Below are positions 35,266 through 54,500 of a stretch of 64,000 nt of DNA, piece by piece. The stretch's first letter is position 1; each line of letters starts with the position of its first letter. Where the stretch lies: NCBI RefSeq assembly GCF_016432865.1, contig NC_067398.1, positions 653,232,001 to 653,296,000 on the forward strand, read 5' to 3'. This DNA is from Antechinus flavipes (taxonomy: Eukaryota). The notes below the pieces were generated by a model. It made no database searches, was not told the DNA's origin, and saw only the letters and a program-made list of their open reading frames with translations. Both the position numbers and the translations under genes were made by a program.

Positions 35266-35506
35266 TTGGGCAGCTATCAATTCATTTAATTAATAATTTA
35301 ATTTTTTAATTATTAGTGATTTAGATCATTTTTTTAATATGGCCATGAATAGCTTGGATTTTTTTTTCTCTGAAAACTTCCTGTGCTCTGACCTTTGACC
35401 ATTTATTAATTGGATGACTCATTTTTGCAAATGACCTAATTCCCTATATATTTTAGAAATGAGACCTTTGTCAAAGAAATTTGTCTTCAATAGTAGTTTT
35501 TTTTCC

Positions 35507-35643
35507 CCCCTGAAGCAACTGGGGTTAAGTGACTTGCCTAGGGTCACACAGCTAGGACGTGTTAAGTGTCTGAGGTTACATTTGAACTCAGGTCCTCCTG
35601 ACTTTAGGGCTGGTGCTCTATCCACTGTGCATCTAGCTGCCCT
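35507..35643 (-). mobile_element. WSINE1-like SINE
   Basis: gaagcaactggggttaagtgacttgcctagggtcacacagc...tgcatctagctgccc; imperfect TSD cttcaatagt/cttcaatggt. Confidence 0.85.
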
Positions 35644-36182
35644 CCTTCAATGGTGTTTTACTTATTCTTTATGCTTCCAACCTTTCCTTTCTCTAATCTA
35701 TATTCCACATAGCTGTCAAAATAACCTTCCTAAATTGAATTTCTGGCCAGGTTACTTCCCTGCCCAACAATCTTCAGTTGCCCCTTATTGTTTCTAGGAT
35801 AAAATGTCTCAGCTTGGCATGTGAAGCCCTTCATGATCTAGCTACAGACCACTTTTTAACATTTAATACTAGTCTTCTTTACAGTCTACGTGACAAAACT
35901 AATTTCTTTTCTGTTCCATGAATTCAGCATTCTATTCCCCTCCTCCTTGCCTTTGTATAGGCTGTACTTCTTTTCTTCTTGATATGTACTTATTCCTTCT
36001 TCACCTTTGTCTCCTACACTCTCCACAGGTGTCACTTCCTATCTCCCAGTTAGTCAACTTATCTTGCATTTACTTATCTGAATACATGTTGAATCCTCCA
36101 GTAGCATACAAGCTCCAAGAAGAAAGATAAAGAGTTTTCATTTTCTCTGTATTCTCAGCTAGTACATAGTAGATTCTTAATA

Positions 36183-36400
36183 GGGCATCTAGGAGGTGCA
36201 GTGGACAGAGCACCAGGCCTGGAATCAGGAAGACCTGAATTCAAATCAATCTCAGACATAATTTGTGTGACTCTGGGCAAGTCATTTAACCCTGTTTGTT
36301 TAAGTTTCTCATCTGTAAAATGAGCTGGAGAATGAAATGACAAATCATTCTAGTATCTTTGCTAAGAAAACCCCCAAATGGAGTCATGAAAAATCAGAAA
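36183..36400 (+). mobile_element. Mar1-type SINE
   Basis: gggcatctaggaggtgcagtggacagagcacc...ctagtatctttgctaagaaaacccc. Confidence 0.8.
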
Positions 36401-38079
36401 TAAATAAGATCCTTTTTAAAAAAAATAGGTTTTTATTTTCAAAATACATGCAAAGATAGTTTTCAACATTCTTCCTTGCAAAACCTTGTGTTCCAAATTT
36501 TTCTCCCTCCCCCCAACAAGTAATCAAATATACATTAAACATGTAATTCTTCTAAACACATTTCCACATTTAAATAAGATTCTTAATAATGCTTAATTTA
36601 ATTGTCCAGGGTCACACATTTTGTTAATGTCTTACACAGGATTTGAAGTCAGGAAGACTCCAAGTCCTGGACTTTTTTTCTTCTTACTTCCATATGGCTT
36701 CACTCAGAATCACCAAAATGGGCAGAAGAAAAACTCAAAAGTTATCTATCAAACTCAATCTTGAGCAAGACTACACTCTATAACTTTCCCAAAAGGTGGC
36801 CACCCAAATGCTGTTTAAAGATCTTCACCTTCTGCACAGCCTTTCCCATCCCCAGGCTAGCCCTCATCGGATGGTACTAAGGCTTGGCCCACCTTACTTC
36901 TCTTACATACACTTAACCCCCTCCCCCACTTCCCATCACCACCACCACTCCTACCCCAAGGAAACAGAAATTTCCAGAGCCTCCTCCACATGCAAAACAG
37001 AGTGGGGGAGGGGTTGGGGGTGCCCCTGGGGATCTTCCCTCCTGCCGTACTAACAAGCAGGGCAAAGAGTATCTCCTAGAACGAAAGGGAGCTAGAGTGC
37101 AGCTCCCCCTCCCTCTGGATCCCACCCCGTCTCCCCAGAGCTGGACGTCTGGTGGGGATGGCCCGGTTCGGGCAGCAGAGACGCAGATTCAGTGTACAGT
37201 GGCCAGCGTCCAGAGCTCCGTGCTCTTGGAATTGTTCACGGTCCAGCTCGGCCCTGGTGGGTCTCTGTGAAGGCAAAGCTTGGTGCGCTGCCGCAGTCTT
37301 CCCGAAGCAGTCTGGTCAGAAGGCCATGGGAGGGCTCACGTGGGCGGGCCTAGTTCCAGACTGACTTAGGCGTCTCCACAGCCTGACCTCGGCCGCCCGC
37401 CCCGGACTGGGGAGAGGCAGAGGGAGACACCTGTAGCTCTCCTCTGCAGCCTGGGGCGCTAATCATGCTGCGGGTGAAGGAAAGCCTGACCCCGTTGACC
37501 CAGGAGGCTCTAGCCTGACCACAGTACCCCGGAAGGGGCATGCTGGTCACCGTGACTGGGGAGGGAGTGCACAGATCGCACAAGCCGCATTAGCCTCCCG
37601 GGGTTACCCTGAGAAAAAGGATGCCTAACTCCGGTGCCCTTGGAGAGAGGAGGGCCAGAACGAAGATGCAGCTTTACTGAGTGATGGGAATACGGGGGAG
37701 GGTCCTGGGGGTACCGCTAGAGGAGTCTGAGTGCAGACGCTTGGTAAAGAGCCAGACTTGGTGGAGAACCCTCCCCCCAGCACCACCAAGTTGCATGGTC
37801 TTGGGCAGACGTCTTTTTCCGGGTCTCGGTTTCTTCAACTGAAAAATGAAGGAGTAGGGCAAGACACGTCTGCGGTCCCTTCAGGATGCTTGTAGCTACG
37901 TCTCCAACCTCCATGTAAATTCAGCTGGGATTGTCGTTATTATTATTTCGATCTAAATCTCGGGTTCTGAGCCCGGGACGCTCCTGGAAGACCGGGGGAG
38001 ACCCCCAGCGGAGGCTGGGGCAAGGGGACAGGATCACAGAGGTTCCCGTTCCTCATTGATCTCAGCTAAACCCCGCCTC

Positions 38080-38345
38080 TTCCCGCCCACAGAGGGAGTG
38101 GGCGGGGTGACAAGGAGAAAGACGTTTACCTTGGGCGCTGAGAGGGCGGAGTCTGTCTGGGGGCGTGGCCCTAGTGGGCGGAGTTGAACATAGTCCTCAG
38201 CGTTTGTCCCTCCCCCCCGTGGGGGGAGGGGGCGGTGTCCAAGCTTTCCCGCTCAGAATTCGAGCTTACGCCATCTGTCGCATATGATGTCATTTCCGGG
38301 CGTCCAGGAAGTTGTTCTCTCTGGGTGTCCGAGCCGGTTTTCGCT
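38080..38345 (+). promoter_or_regulatory. MRPL4 TATA-less CpG-island promoter
   Basis: GC boxes, tttcccgc (E2F-like) 38245, cgccatct (YY1) 38269, tandem ETS/GABP ttccgg 38294 and caggaagt 38305; typical of nuclear mitochondrial-ribosome genes. Confidence 0.7.
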
Positions 38346-45529
<7,184 letters not shown>

Positions 45530-45569
45530 CCTCCAGAGTGACTGTGCTTCCCCACTCCTGGCATAGCAA

Positions 45570-45575
45570 AATAAA
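45570..45575 (+). terminator. MRPL4 polyadenylation signal
   Basis: AATAAA 40 nt after the stop, followed by T/GT-rich sequence. Confidence 0.75.
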
Positions 45576-48184
45576 GAGTATATTTGTCACTTATTGCTAC
45601 CTCCTCTCCCAACTTTGATAAACCTGAATTGCTGCATTCTGGCAAGTGTCAGGAAGTTCTGGCTCTGACTCTGTCCAACTTTCTTCTCAAAGTATCTCCC
45701 TCATTCTCTTTCCCACCCACCCTTCTCCTTAAGCAGCCTCTGTTTTTTCTCCCAACAAGGATTGGTCAGTGAATCAGGTTGCCTGATGCCTTAGAGGAAA
45801 TCCTAATTTTCCTTTCCCCTGCAAGCTCAATCCTGCTTCCTATTTCCCAATTATATACCCCTTAGGGAAGAGGAATTTGCCCTCAAACCCTAAAGGCAGC
45901 AGAACATCTGTTTCCTTTTCTTCTCTTGTCCCTCCTTTTTCCTCCCTTTCCTTCCCAACAGAAAGTTTGCTTCTTGACAAACCAGGCAACCCCACATTTC
46001 AGGTGACACCTCTCTCATTTCAGCCCTATCCCCAACAGTTAACAGCAGATGAGATTAGAACTGAGGCTTCTGGGTACTTCCCTCCCCCTCCCCCCTCCCC
46101 ATCCCTTCATTCTTGATTGCAGGCTTCCCCTTGCATTGTCGGGGAAAGGACTATGAAAACCTGAGCAGTCTGAACAGAGAAGTCCAGTCATCCCCATGCA
46201 GCCGCATGGGGCCGCTCTTGGCCACAAGTCCCGGGGTTAAGCCTTAGATACCCTTTGTTCAGTTTAGCTTGGGGAAAGTTTCACCTAAAAATAAGCTGTA
46301 CATTCCCACCCAACCGCTCAGGATTTTCCAGACCCGACAACCTGAGCTTGGGTTTCCCAAATCCCAGAAGACCTTGTGATTTAATTAACTTTCTCATACT
46401 TTTCCCTCTCAACATTCCCTCTTCAAAATACCATAGGAGATCTGGCACTGCCAGTCTGGTGAAGTCACCTTTGGACTAGGGTTGAGGAGGGGAAGGAATG
46501 AGACTCTCCGATTGGGTTTCTCTGAAACTTGATAAGGGAGAGGCTGTCTCACTTTTCCGGCCCTGGAGGGGTGAGGGAATTGGAATTGGAATAAGATTGT
46601 TTGTTCAACTCGGACTGCTACTCCAGGAATGTGAGGGAGGTTGGGGCGGTCCCCTCTTGGGGTCTCCGAGGAAGTGAGGGCTCCGGAGATGAGGACACAG
46701 CCCTCCAGTGTCACTGCATTCCCGGCATAGGCCCCCCTCCCCTTCCCTTTCTGCTCGGAGACCTCTTTGCCCTGTGGACACCATGGCAACAACTCAGTGT
46801 GGGTCCCACAACAGGAAACTGGGGGAGGAGGGGAGACTGTAAGGCCCAGCCATAAGGGGAAGGGGAGAACCAGTCTGGCAGACCCTCCATCAGAGAGATA
46901 GGAAAGAGGCTCCGGAATCATTTCATCGAGTTCCCCCCCCCCCCTTCCTCAGGGTTCCCAATTCTGGAGAGGTGGGTGAGCAGGGACCGGGACTCCGGAG
47001 GCACAAGCTCAAGCCATCCTTGAAAGGGCTTCTGAGATAGGGAAGATGGAGCCTAGGCTTCCTGTCCCCTTCCCCACCCACCCTCTCAGCAATGCTGGGT
47101 TCCGGCTGCTCCTGTAGTCCGGTCCCGGTTCAGAGCTCCCTGACTGCTTCAGCGGTGAGAGTGCTGGGACGGGCTGCTGTTTGAGTTTCTGCCGAAACCA
47201 AGCTCTATCCTGGGTGTCATTGCATTCCCGATGTAGGTCTCCCTCCACGAAGCCCCTGCCTCAGGAACAAAATCCTTCTATCCTTTGCTCCTGGATTTTC
47301 CCGACAGGATAGGGGCACATTGCTGTGAGCGTTGAGAGATGGGGAGGAAACATCTCTTCCCTGGCGAAAGGCCTTAGTTATCTGGAGGGGAATCATTCAC
47401 GGAGCCAGAGATTAATCAGCACGTCCTTGCACAAGTGCCTTCTTCCTCTTTCTCCGAACCCCACTGTAGCCCCAGTCCGAGGGAAAGGGAAATTTTAGTG
47501 CTGGCAATTGTGACCACAGCTTTTAGAACAGACTAGGGTGGCGAGGAGACGGCATGGTGATTCAGCGTCACTCCAGATGTCTCTCTACCCCTCCCACCGC
47601 CTCCCGCCCACGGCCATCTCACGAGGCGGGGGCTAACGCCGGGACCGCGCTGTCAGGGGCTCCAGCCTGCGGAAAAGTTCCGCATTCCGAAAGTTGCTTG
47701 AGGGGGATGGGGGGGGGGCGGAGAAGAGCCCTGAGGGCTACACCCTCCCGTTCTTTCACTGGAGTCCGGAGTTCCTGGGTCCCATTCCAATCACCTTCCC
47801 CATCCCCTCGCCCTCCGTCCCTTCCACTGCCATCTGCTCTGACAATTCTCGCTTCTCGAGCTTTAAAAACGCTGGAAGACTCCCGAGATGAGAAAATGGG
47901 AAGAGCCTTCAAAAACAAAACCAAAGCTTCAGGAAAGCAAACGCTGGATCTAAGCAAAAAATACATTTTGAGTGGCCCAAATACATTCAAAAATCTTAGT
48001 CAATTAAAAATAATAATAACGCTAATCTATAGATTTGCCGGATCCTCAATCTTCTAAAGGTAGAGATGGGCTAGGTATCATTTTCTACAGGATATGACTC
48101 CATCCTCAAAACTCGCCGCCGGATCCCTCTCTGGCCCCTAGACGACCCCATAACACACTCTTCCCCATGACAGGTAAACACTGT

Positions 48185-48387
48185 TTGCTTAACTCTGGAA
48201 ACTCCTGAACTGGGAGGGACTGATCCCCTGCGTGCTCCCCCTCATACCTCCAAATACACCCCCCCCATCCGGAAATACCGGGCAACTTATTCTGGAGGGG
48301 AAAGCGTGAGGTTTCCGGGAAAGCAGGACCGCCTTCCCCCCTCCCTCTCTCCAGTCCAGCCCCTAGTCACCAAGGGAGATCATAAAA
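48185..48387 (+). promoter_or_regulatory. ICAM1 proximal promoter: C/EBP, NF-kB, ETS, GAS, TATA
   Basis: TTGCTTAA 48185-48192, TGGAAACTCC 48196-48205, CCGGAAATA 48269-48277, TTTCCGGGAAA 48312-48322, CATAAAA 48381-48387; same order as the characterised human promoter. Confidence 0.85.
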
Positions 48388-48459
48388 GGAGCCCCGCACT
48401 TCGGCTTCGCATTCAGCCCGCCCCGCAGACTCCGGCTCGTGCCCGACTCCTGCGCCAAC

Positions 48460-48526
48460 ATGAGAGTCCTCAGCTCCCTTCCCGCTCTTCCTGCGCTCTT
48501 GCTCCTGTCCCTACTCTCATCTTCAG
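48460..48526 (+). CDS. ICAM1: ICAM1 exon 1 (signal peptide)
   Basis: 67 nt, [22 protein letters not shown]|gtgaga. Confidence 0.9.
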
Positions 48527-51500
48527 GTGAGACCCTCGGTCTTGGTTAGCTCTCCTCGCCCCCAGCCCTGTTCCAGACCCCTTGCTTTGCCCCGGGAGGG
48601 ACCAACAGGAGAGCTGCCTGGAGGAGGAGGCACTGTCCTTAGCTGTTCTGGGCTGGCATCCAGTCCCGAAGCTGCAGCTGACTGCTCTGGGTCAGAATTG
48701 AGGGTGGGAAGGAACTTGAGACAACTTTTGAAACACTTGGAGGTGGCAGATAGGATAGAAAGGAGTGAAAAAGTCCCACCGCTCGCTGACCGAGAAGGGG
48801 GTTAGGGCGGGAGGGGGAGTCCGAGGATGGACTGCGTTGGTCTGGAAGGAAGCCTTGTGCCTCGGGGTGCCAATCCCCTCCCCCCAGAATGGTTTTCTCT
48901 CTCTTCAGACGCCTTCGTCTCCCCCTCCCGTCCTCTCCCAGGGGAGAAGTCTATGGTCCCCATGGCGGGGGAATTCCAGAGCTGGGTTCCCCGAGGAAGT
49001 GCTAACAGAGTCAAAAGCGCCCAGGCTTGGGGTGGGGCAAACCCGGGGGGAGTTCCCTTCAAATCTCCGGAGATTAGTTCCTGGGAGACCGACTCAAAAC
49101 GTGTGTGTTGATTGTGAAGGGATAGAAGCGACTCCGTTTCCAGGGCCAGACTCTGGACTCGCGGTCTCTCCTTGCAGGAGCCCAGGAGAACCCCACCAAG
49201 GTTCGGGTCTGGGTGGATCCCCCAAACCCCGTGATCCTCTTGGGGACTGAAGTAACTGTGAACTGCAGCAGCGACTGCGCCGACCCCCTCGGGATCGGCC
49301 TGGAGACCAGGCTGACGAAGGCCGAGGAGAGCTCGGGGACCCACTGGAAAGCCTTCAGGTTGAGTAACGTGACCCAAGATAACAGTCCGCTCTGCTTTGT
49401 TAACTGTCGCGGAAAGCCTCAGGGCATCGCCAAGGCGAGCATCACGGTGTACGGTGAGTGAAAGCGCGGCGGTGTTGGGGGGGACTCGGGGCTCGGCGCG
49501 GGGGGCGCCCGGCAGGTAGGGGCGCGGGGGTGGGGCGTGTGCGTCCAGTTTCGAGGAAGGGCGGGGAGCTTGCCTTTGGTGGAGGAGAGAGTGACTGAGT
49601 GAGTAGCGGGAAGGAAAGGCTGGGTTGGGCAGGCAAACAAATTCCCCGGCCGCGGCATCCTCGCTTAGGAATTCACTTCAACAAAACAAACACTTGATGC
49701 TACTGATTAAGGCTCTGAGGGAGACGGCAGGAAAGTGACTTGTCGGAGCAGGGTCCTGCCCCCGGGAGCTCACTGCCTGAACTTGGAACCGGGCTCGGAT
49801 AATTACAGCTGGGTCGGCAGGCTCGCCGCGGGAAAAGCAGGGACCCAGCTAGAGTGGTCGGGGATTCGGAAAAGGTCGCGTCCGGAGGAGTGGTCGGGCA
49901 GGAACACTGGGACGCGAGAGCGGGTCCTCTCCCCCGGTGGGACCCGGTTCCGACACGTTCCCTCGGAGAGGGGGAGGCCGCTTTCCCCCGCCTCTCCCAG
50001 CCCCGGCTGCCTCCCCTATAGATCCACGCGACAAACATTGAGCACCCACCGAGTCAGAACCTGGTGCCGGCCCCCGGAAGAGATACAGTTTGAGAGAAAA
50101 CACAGTCCCTCCCTGCCCTTTACTAAATGCAAGACAAATGACCATCTGGGAGGTGCAGGACAGAGGGCCAGACTGCGGAGGGCTATGAAACGCTAGGGTG
50201 AGGAATTCGGCATTTATTTAGTGCGTGAGCTATTTCCATGGGTAACAGAAGGGTTTTTGAACAGAGGAGTGATATTACCAGATCTGTCTTTAAGGAGGAT
50301 TTTTATTTTTATTTTTGATGGGGAAGAAAGTCATGAAGAATAAAATGGAGTAAAGAGGAGAGTAGAGGAAGAGGGAGAATGTAGATGAAAAAAACAGTTA
50401 GGAAACTTGCAAATTTTCCTGTAGTCGTCTGCCCTACAGCCTTGAATGAGCGGATACTTTCAGCCTTCTCTTGCTATGGAAAGTAGAAGTGAGGAGGGGG
50501 CTCCCCTATTAAGACTCTTCTGCAAGGGAATCTGAGCCTAGGTCAGAGCCAAAGTCAAAAGTTGTAAAGGTCAGATTGTACAATGAATCAGGCTAGGCCC
50601 TGCTTCTGGCACCTTCCACCTTCCTGTCTGAACTGAAACCAAAATTGCAGCCTTCAGTGCAAGTGTGTCGAAATCTCCTCAGGTAATAGAGCCCCTCTTT
50701 GTCCAGAAGTGTTTACATGCCTACTGAACCTGGCCTAGCTTGTTTCTCCCTCTTAGCCAACAAGAATCAGGATTAGGGTAGAGACTGGACCCGTGATTTC
50801 ATGAGTGTAGGGAACTCTCAGAGAAGGAAATTCCTACCACCAAACTCTCTAATGGTATTCTAAAGGAATACCACTACTACCTGCCATCTAGGGGAGGGGC
50901 TGGGGGCAAGGAGTGGAAAAGTCGGAACAGAAGGTTTGGCAAGGGCCAGTGTTGAAAAATTACTCATGCATATGTTTTGCAAATAAAAAACTATAATAAA
51001 AATTTTGAAAAATTGCCATCTAGGAGAGGGGGGGAAAGGAGGGGAAAAATTGGAACAAAAGGTTTGACAATTGTCAATGCTTTAGAATTACCCATGCATA
51101 TAACTTGTAAATAAAACGCTATTAAATTTTTTTAAAAATTGAAAATTAAAAAAAATACCATTAAATATTTTTAAACCCTTTGCAAATTAGAACATATAAC
51201 CCCAGATTTATAAGCCTTCCCCCAAATGGACCATGACCTATTATTGATAAAACTATGCTGACATGAACTACAGCTTCCACCTCTTTAAAGATTTTTGCCA
51301 GGAATTGAAACCAAACTTATTTTGTTGTTGTTTTAAATCAATAACTCTACTTTCATAGCCAGTAAACCTGCAAGTGCATCCCTTCCTTTCATCCAGTATG
51401 TCTATTCAATATAATAAGAACAAATTAAAAAAAAAAAAAAAGGGAAAACAATTCTGCAAAACCAACCTATCAACTGAGACTACAATATATGTAGTGCTCC

Positions 51501-54500
51501 ACATCTATAGTTCCCTATCCCTTAGTCAAAGGAGAAAAGTTCATCTTCTCATTTCCTCTTCAGGGCTCACTGGCCTAGAGTTAGCAAGTTTTTATTCCCT
51601 GTAGTTTGCAAGTTTTATCTCTCTTCCCTTTTTAAAATTCAATTTTATTTTGTTGTTAAGTTTCAAAATCACTCCCCATTCTATCCTTTGCTCTGGTCAT
51701 CAAGAAAACAATAATACAATAGCATTATAAATATGCAGCAATGCAAAGCATATTTCTACATGAGCAATGGCTCCTTCTTTGGGGGGAGGGGAACAATTGA
51801 TGTTAAGTGACTTGCCAGGGTCACACAACTAGTGTCTGAGGCTAGATGTGAGTTCAGATCCTGATTTCAGGAGCAAAGTTCTACCACTCCAACACTTAAT
51901 TGCCTCAGCCCTCTTTTTTTTTTTTTTTTTGAAAATTGAGAAGCTGTTTGTTTTTTTCTAGTCCTCTGGATCTATTCTCTGTTCATTAGAATATCCCTGA
52001 CAATTGCTCAGCAATGGCATCCACCACTTCTTTCAGTAAGGGATGAATGTATCAGAAAGTACCATTAGGGACTTTCTTGCTATCTTCTTATTTTCCTGGG
52101 TATTAACATCCTTTAGTCATTTTTGTTCCTTCTTTTCCAATCCAAAGGTCTTTTTATTTATTTTTTAACTCGTTGCTTTATGAATCATGTTGGGAGAGAA
52201 AAATTAGAGTAAAAGGGAAAAACCATGGACGTGATAAAAACAAACAAACAAACAAAAAAAGTGAACATAATATGTGTTGATTACATTCAGTCACCTTAGT
52301 TCTTTTTCTGGATGCAGATGGCATTTTCTATCCAAAGTCTATTGTGTTCAATATTCCTGGTTCTGCTTGTTTCAGTCAGTCTCAGTTCATGTCAATCTTT
52401 CTAGGCTTTTCTAAAATCAGCTTGTTATTTTTTTTTGAAAATAATATTCCATTATCTTCATACACCACAACTTGTTCAACTATTCCCCAAATGATAGATA
52501 TCTACTCATTTTCCAATTCTTTGCTACCACAAATAGAGCTGCTACAAATATTTTTGCACACGTGGATTCTTTTTCCTCCTTTATGATTTCCTTGGGATAT
52601 GGACCCAGTTATAAACTTGACTGTTGAGTCAAAGGATATGCACAGTTTTATAGCCCTTTGGACGTTGCTCCAGATTACTCTCCAGAATGGTTGGATTCGT
52701 TCACAACTCCACCAACAATGCATTAGTGTCGTAGTTTTCCCACATCTCCTCCAACATTTATCATAATCTTTTCCTGTCTTCTTAGCCAATCAGAGAAATG
52801 TGAGATGGTATATCATAATAGTTTTAATTTGCATTTTTCTAATCAATAGTGATTTAGAATATTTTTTTCATATGACTATAGATGGTTTTAATTTCATTAT
52901 CTGAAAATTGTCTGTTCATATCCAAAGGTCATTTTTCTAAGCAGAAAAAATGAACAAAAAAATGAATAGCATGACTCAATCTTCTCTTGGCTGTCATTTT
53001 TTTTTTTGTCCATCCTGTGTGCAATGTTGACCTGATTTATCCCTCCTTTAATCTTTTTATCTTCCTCTTTCCTCCAATGACAAGGCCCGGGCAGCTCCGT
53101 CCAGCCTGCCTTCCCACTCACCTGTCCTCGTTCCTTCCCTGCCCCGCAGAGCCGCCAAGGAGCCTGGAGCTGAGTCTGGAGCCTTCTCAGGAGCACTCTT
53201 CTATCCCGATCCCCCTGGGCCAGAACATGACTTTAAGCTGCCGCCTGGCAGGTGGGAGACCCCGGCAGCACCTGACGGTGGCGCTGCTTCGGGGGACCCA
53301 GAAGATAAGCAAGCAGCCGGCCCCAGAAAGTCCCCCCGATACAGTCGTTGTCGAGTTCCCCCTGACGGCCACGAGGCAGGATGACGAGACCAGCTTCTCC
53401 TGCCAGGCTGAGCTGGACCTTCGGCCCCGGGGGTTGGAGCTTTATGAGAGCAGCTCAGCCCCCCTGAAGCTCTCCACTTATGGTGAGGGATTGTGGGGGC
53501 ACTGAAGGGTAGATTGGGGGAAAGCAGGGCCCTGGGAGGGTTACAGCCACTTACGAATATGAATGTTCACAGTGTTGACACATAGTTGCTGCTTATTAAG
53601 AGGCTATTCCCTTCTCCCTCCTCCTTCAGAATTTTATTCTTGAGAGTTACTCATCCCTCCTCAGTTGATTTACCCAGTTCAATATTAGCCCATGGGGTCT
53701 TCTTCCCTAGCACTTCCCTGAAGGAAATTATCCTTTCCCTAAGGGAGGATGACTTTCCTTTCCCTGCTAATTGGACTCTATTTTTCTTCCTCCTTTCCTC
53801 CAAGACATAGCACCAGGGCCCCCGAACCTTACGGCCTCCCGGGTCCTGGAAGCTGGGACCAACAAGCAGGTGAGCTGCGAAATGGACAATCTGTTCCCAG
53901 TGGAGAGAGCTCAGATACAACTGTCCTGGGGAGGGCAGATCCTGACTCAAAACAGCACTACCCGACAAGGCGACCGGCTGAGGGCCACAGCCACAATCAC
54001 GGCCCCGGAGAAGGGTGATCGAGAGCTGACCTGCAGGGTGACGCTGGAAAACGAAACCAGGCAGATCTCAGAAAATGTGACAGTCTACAGTAAGGATGGA
54101 GAGGGAAGCTGAGCGGGGCTGGCCAGGTGGGAGGGGCCAGGGAAGGCAGGGATCACAATCCAGGCTTCCTCTCCTCCAGACTTATCAGAGCCCACTTGTA
54201 CGGTCAGTGAGCCCATCGAGAAGGGAAGCCTGATAAACTTGACCTGCCAGGTCGACCCACCGGCCAGGGCCGTGTTTGAAGGAGCTCCATCTAATGAAAC
54301 TGATAGGCTATCCCTGATAGTCCAGGAGAAAGACAACGGGCGCTTGTTCACCTGCTCCGCTATCCTGGAGCTGAGGGAAGAGAAAATCACCAAGAACTGC
54401 ACCCTGAAAATAAACTTCTCAGGTGAGTGACGACTCCCACCTTCTGACCCCTTCTCTCTTTTTGTGGCAAAGGCACTGACCTCTCCCTCCTGCCTCTGGC

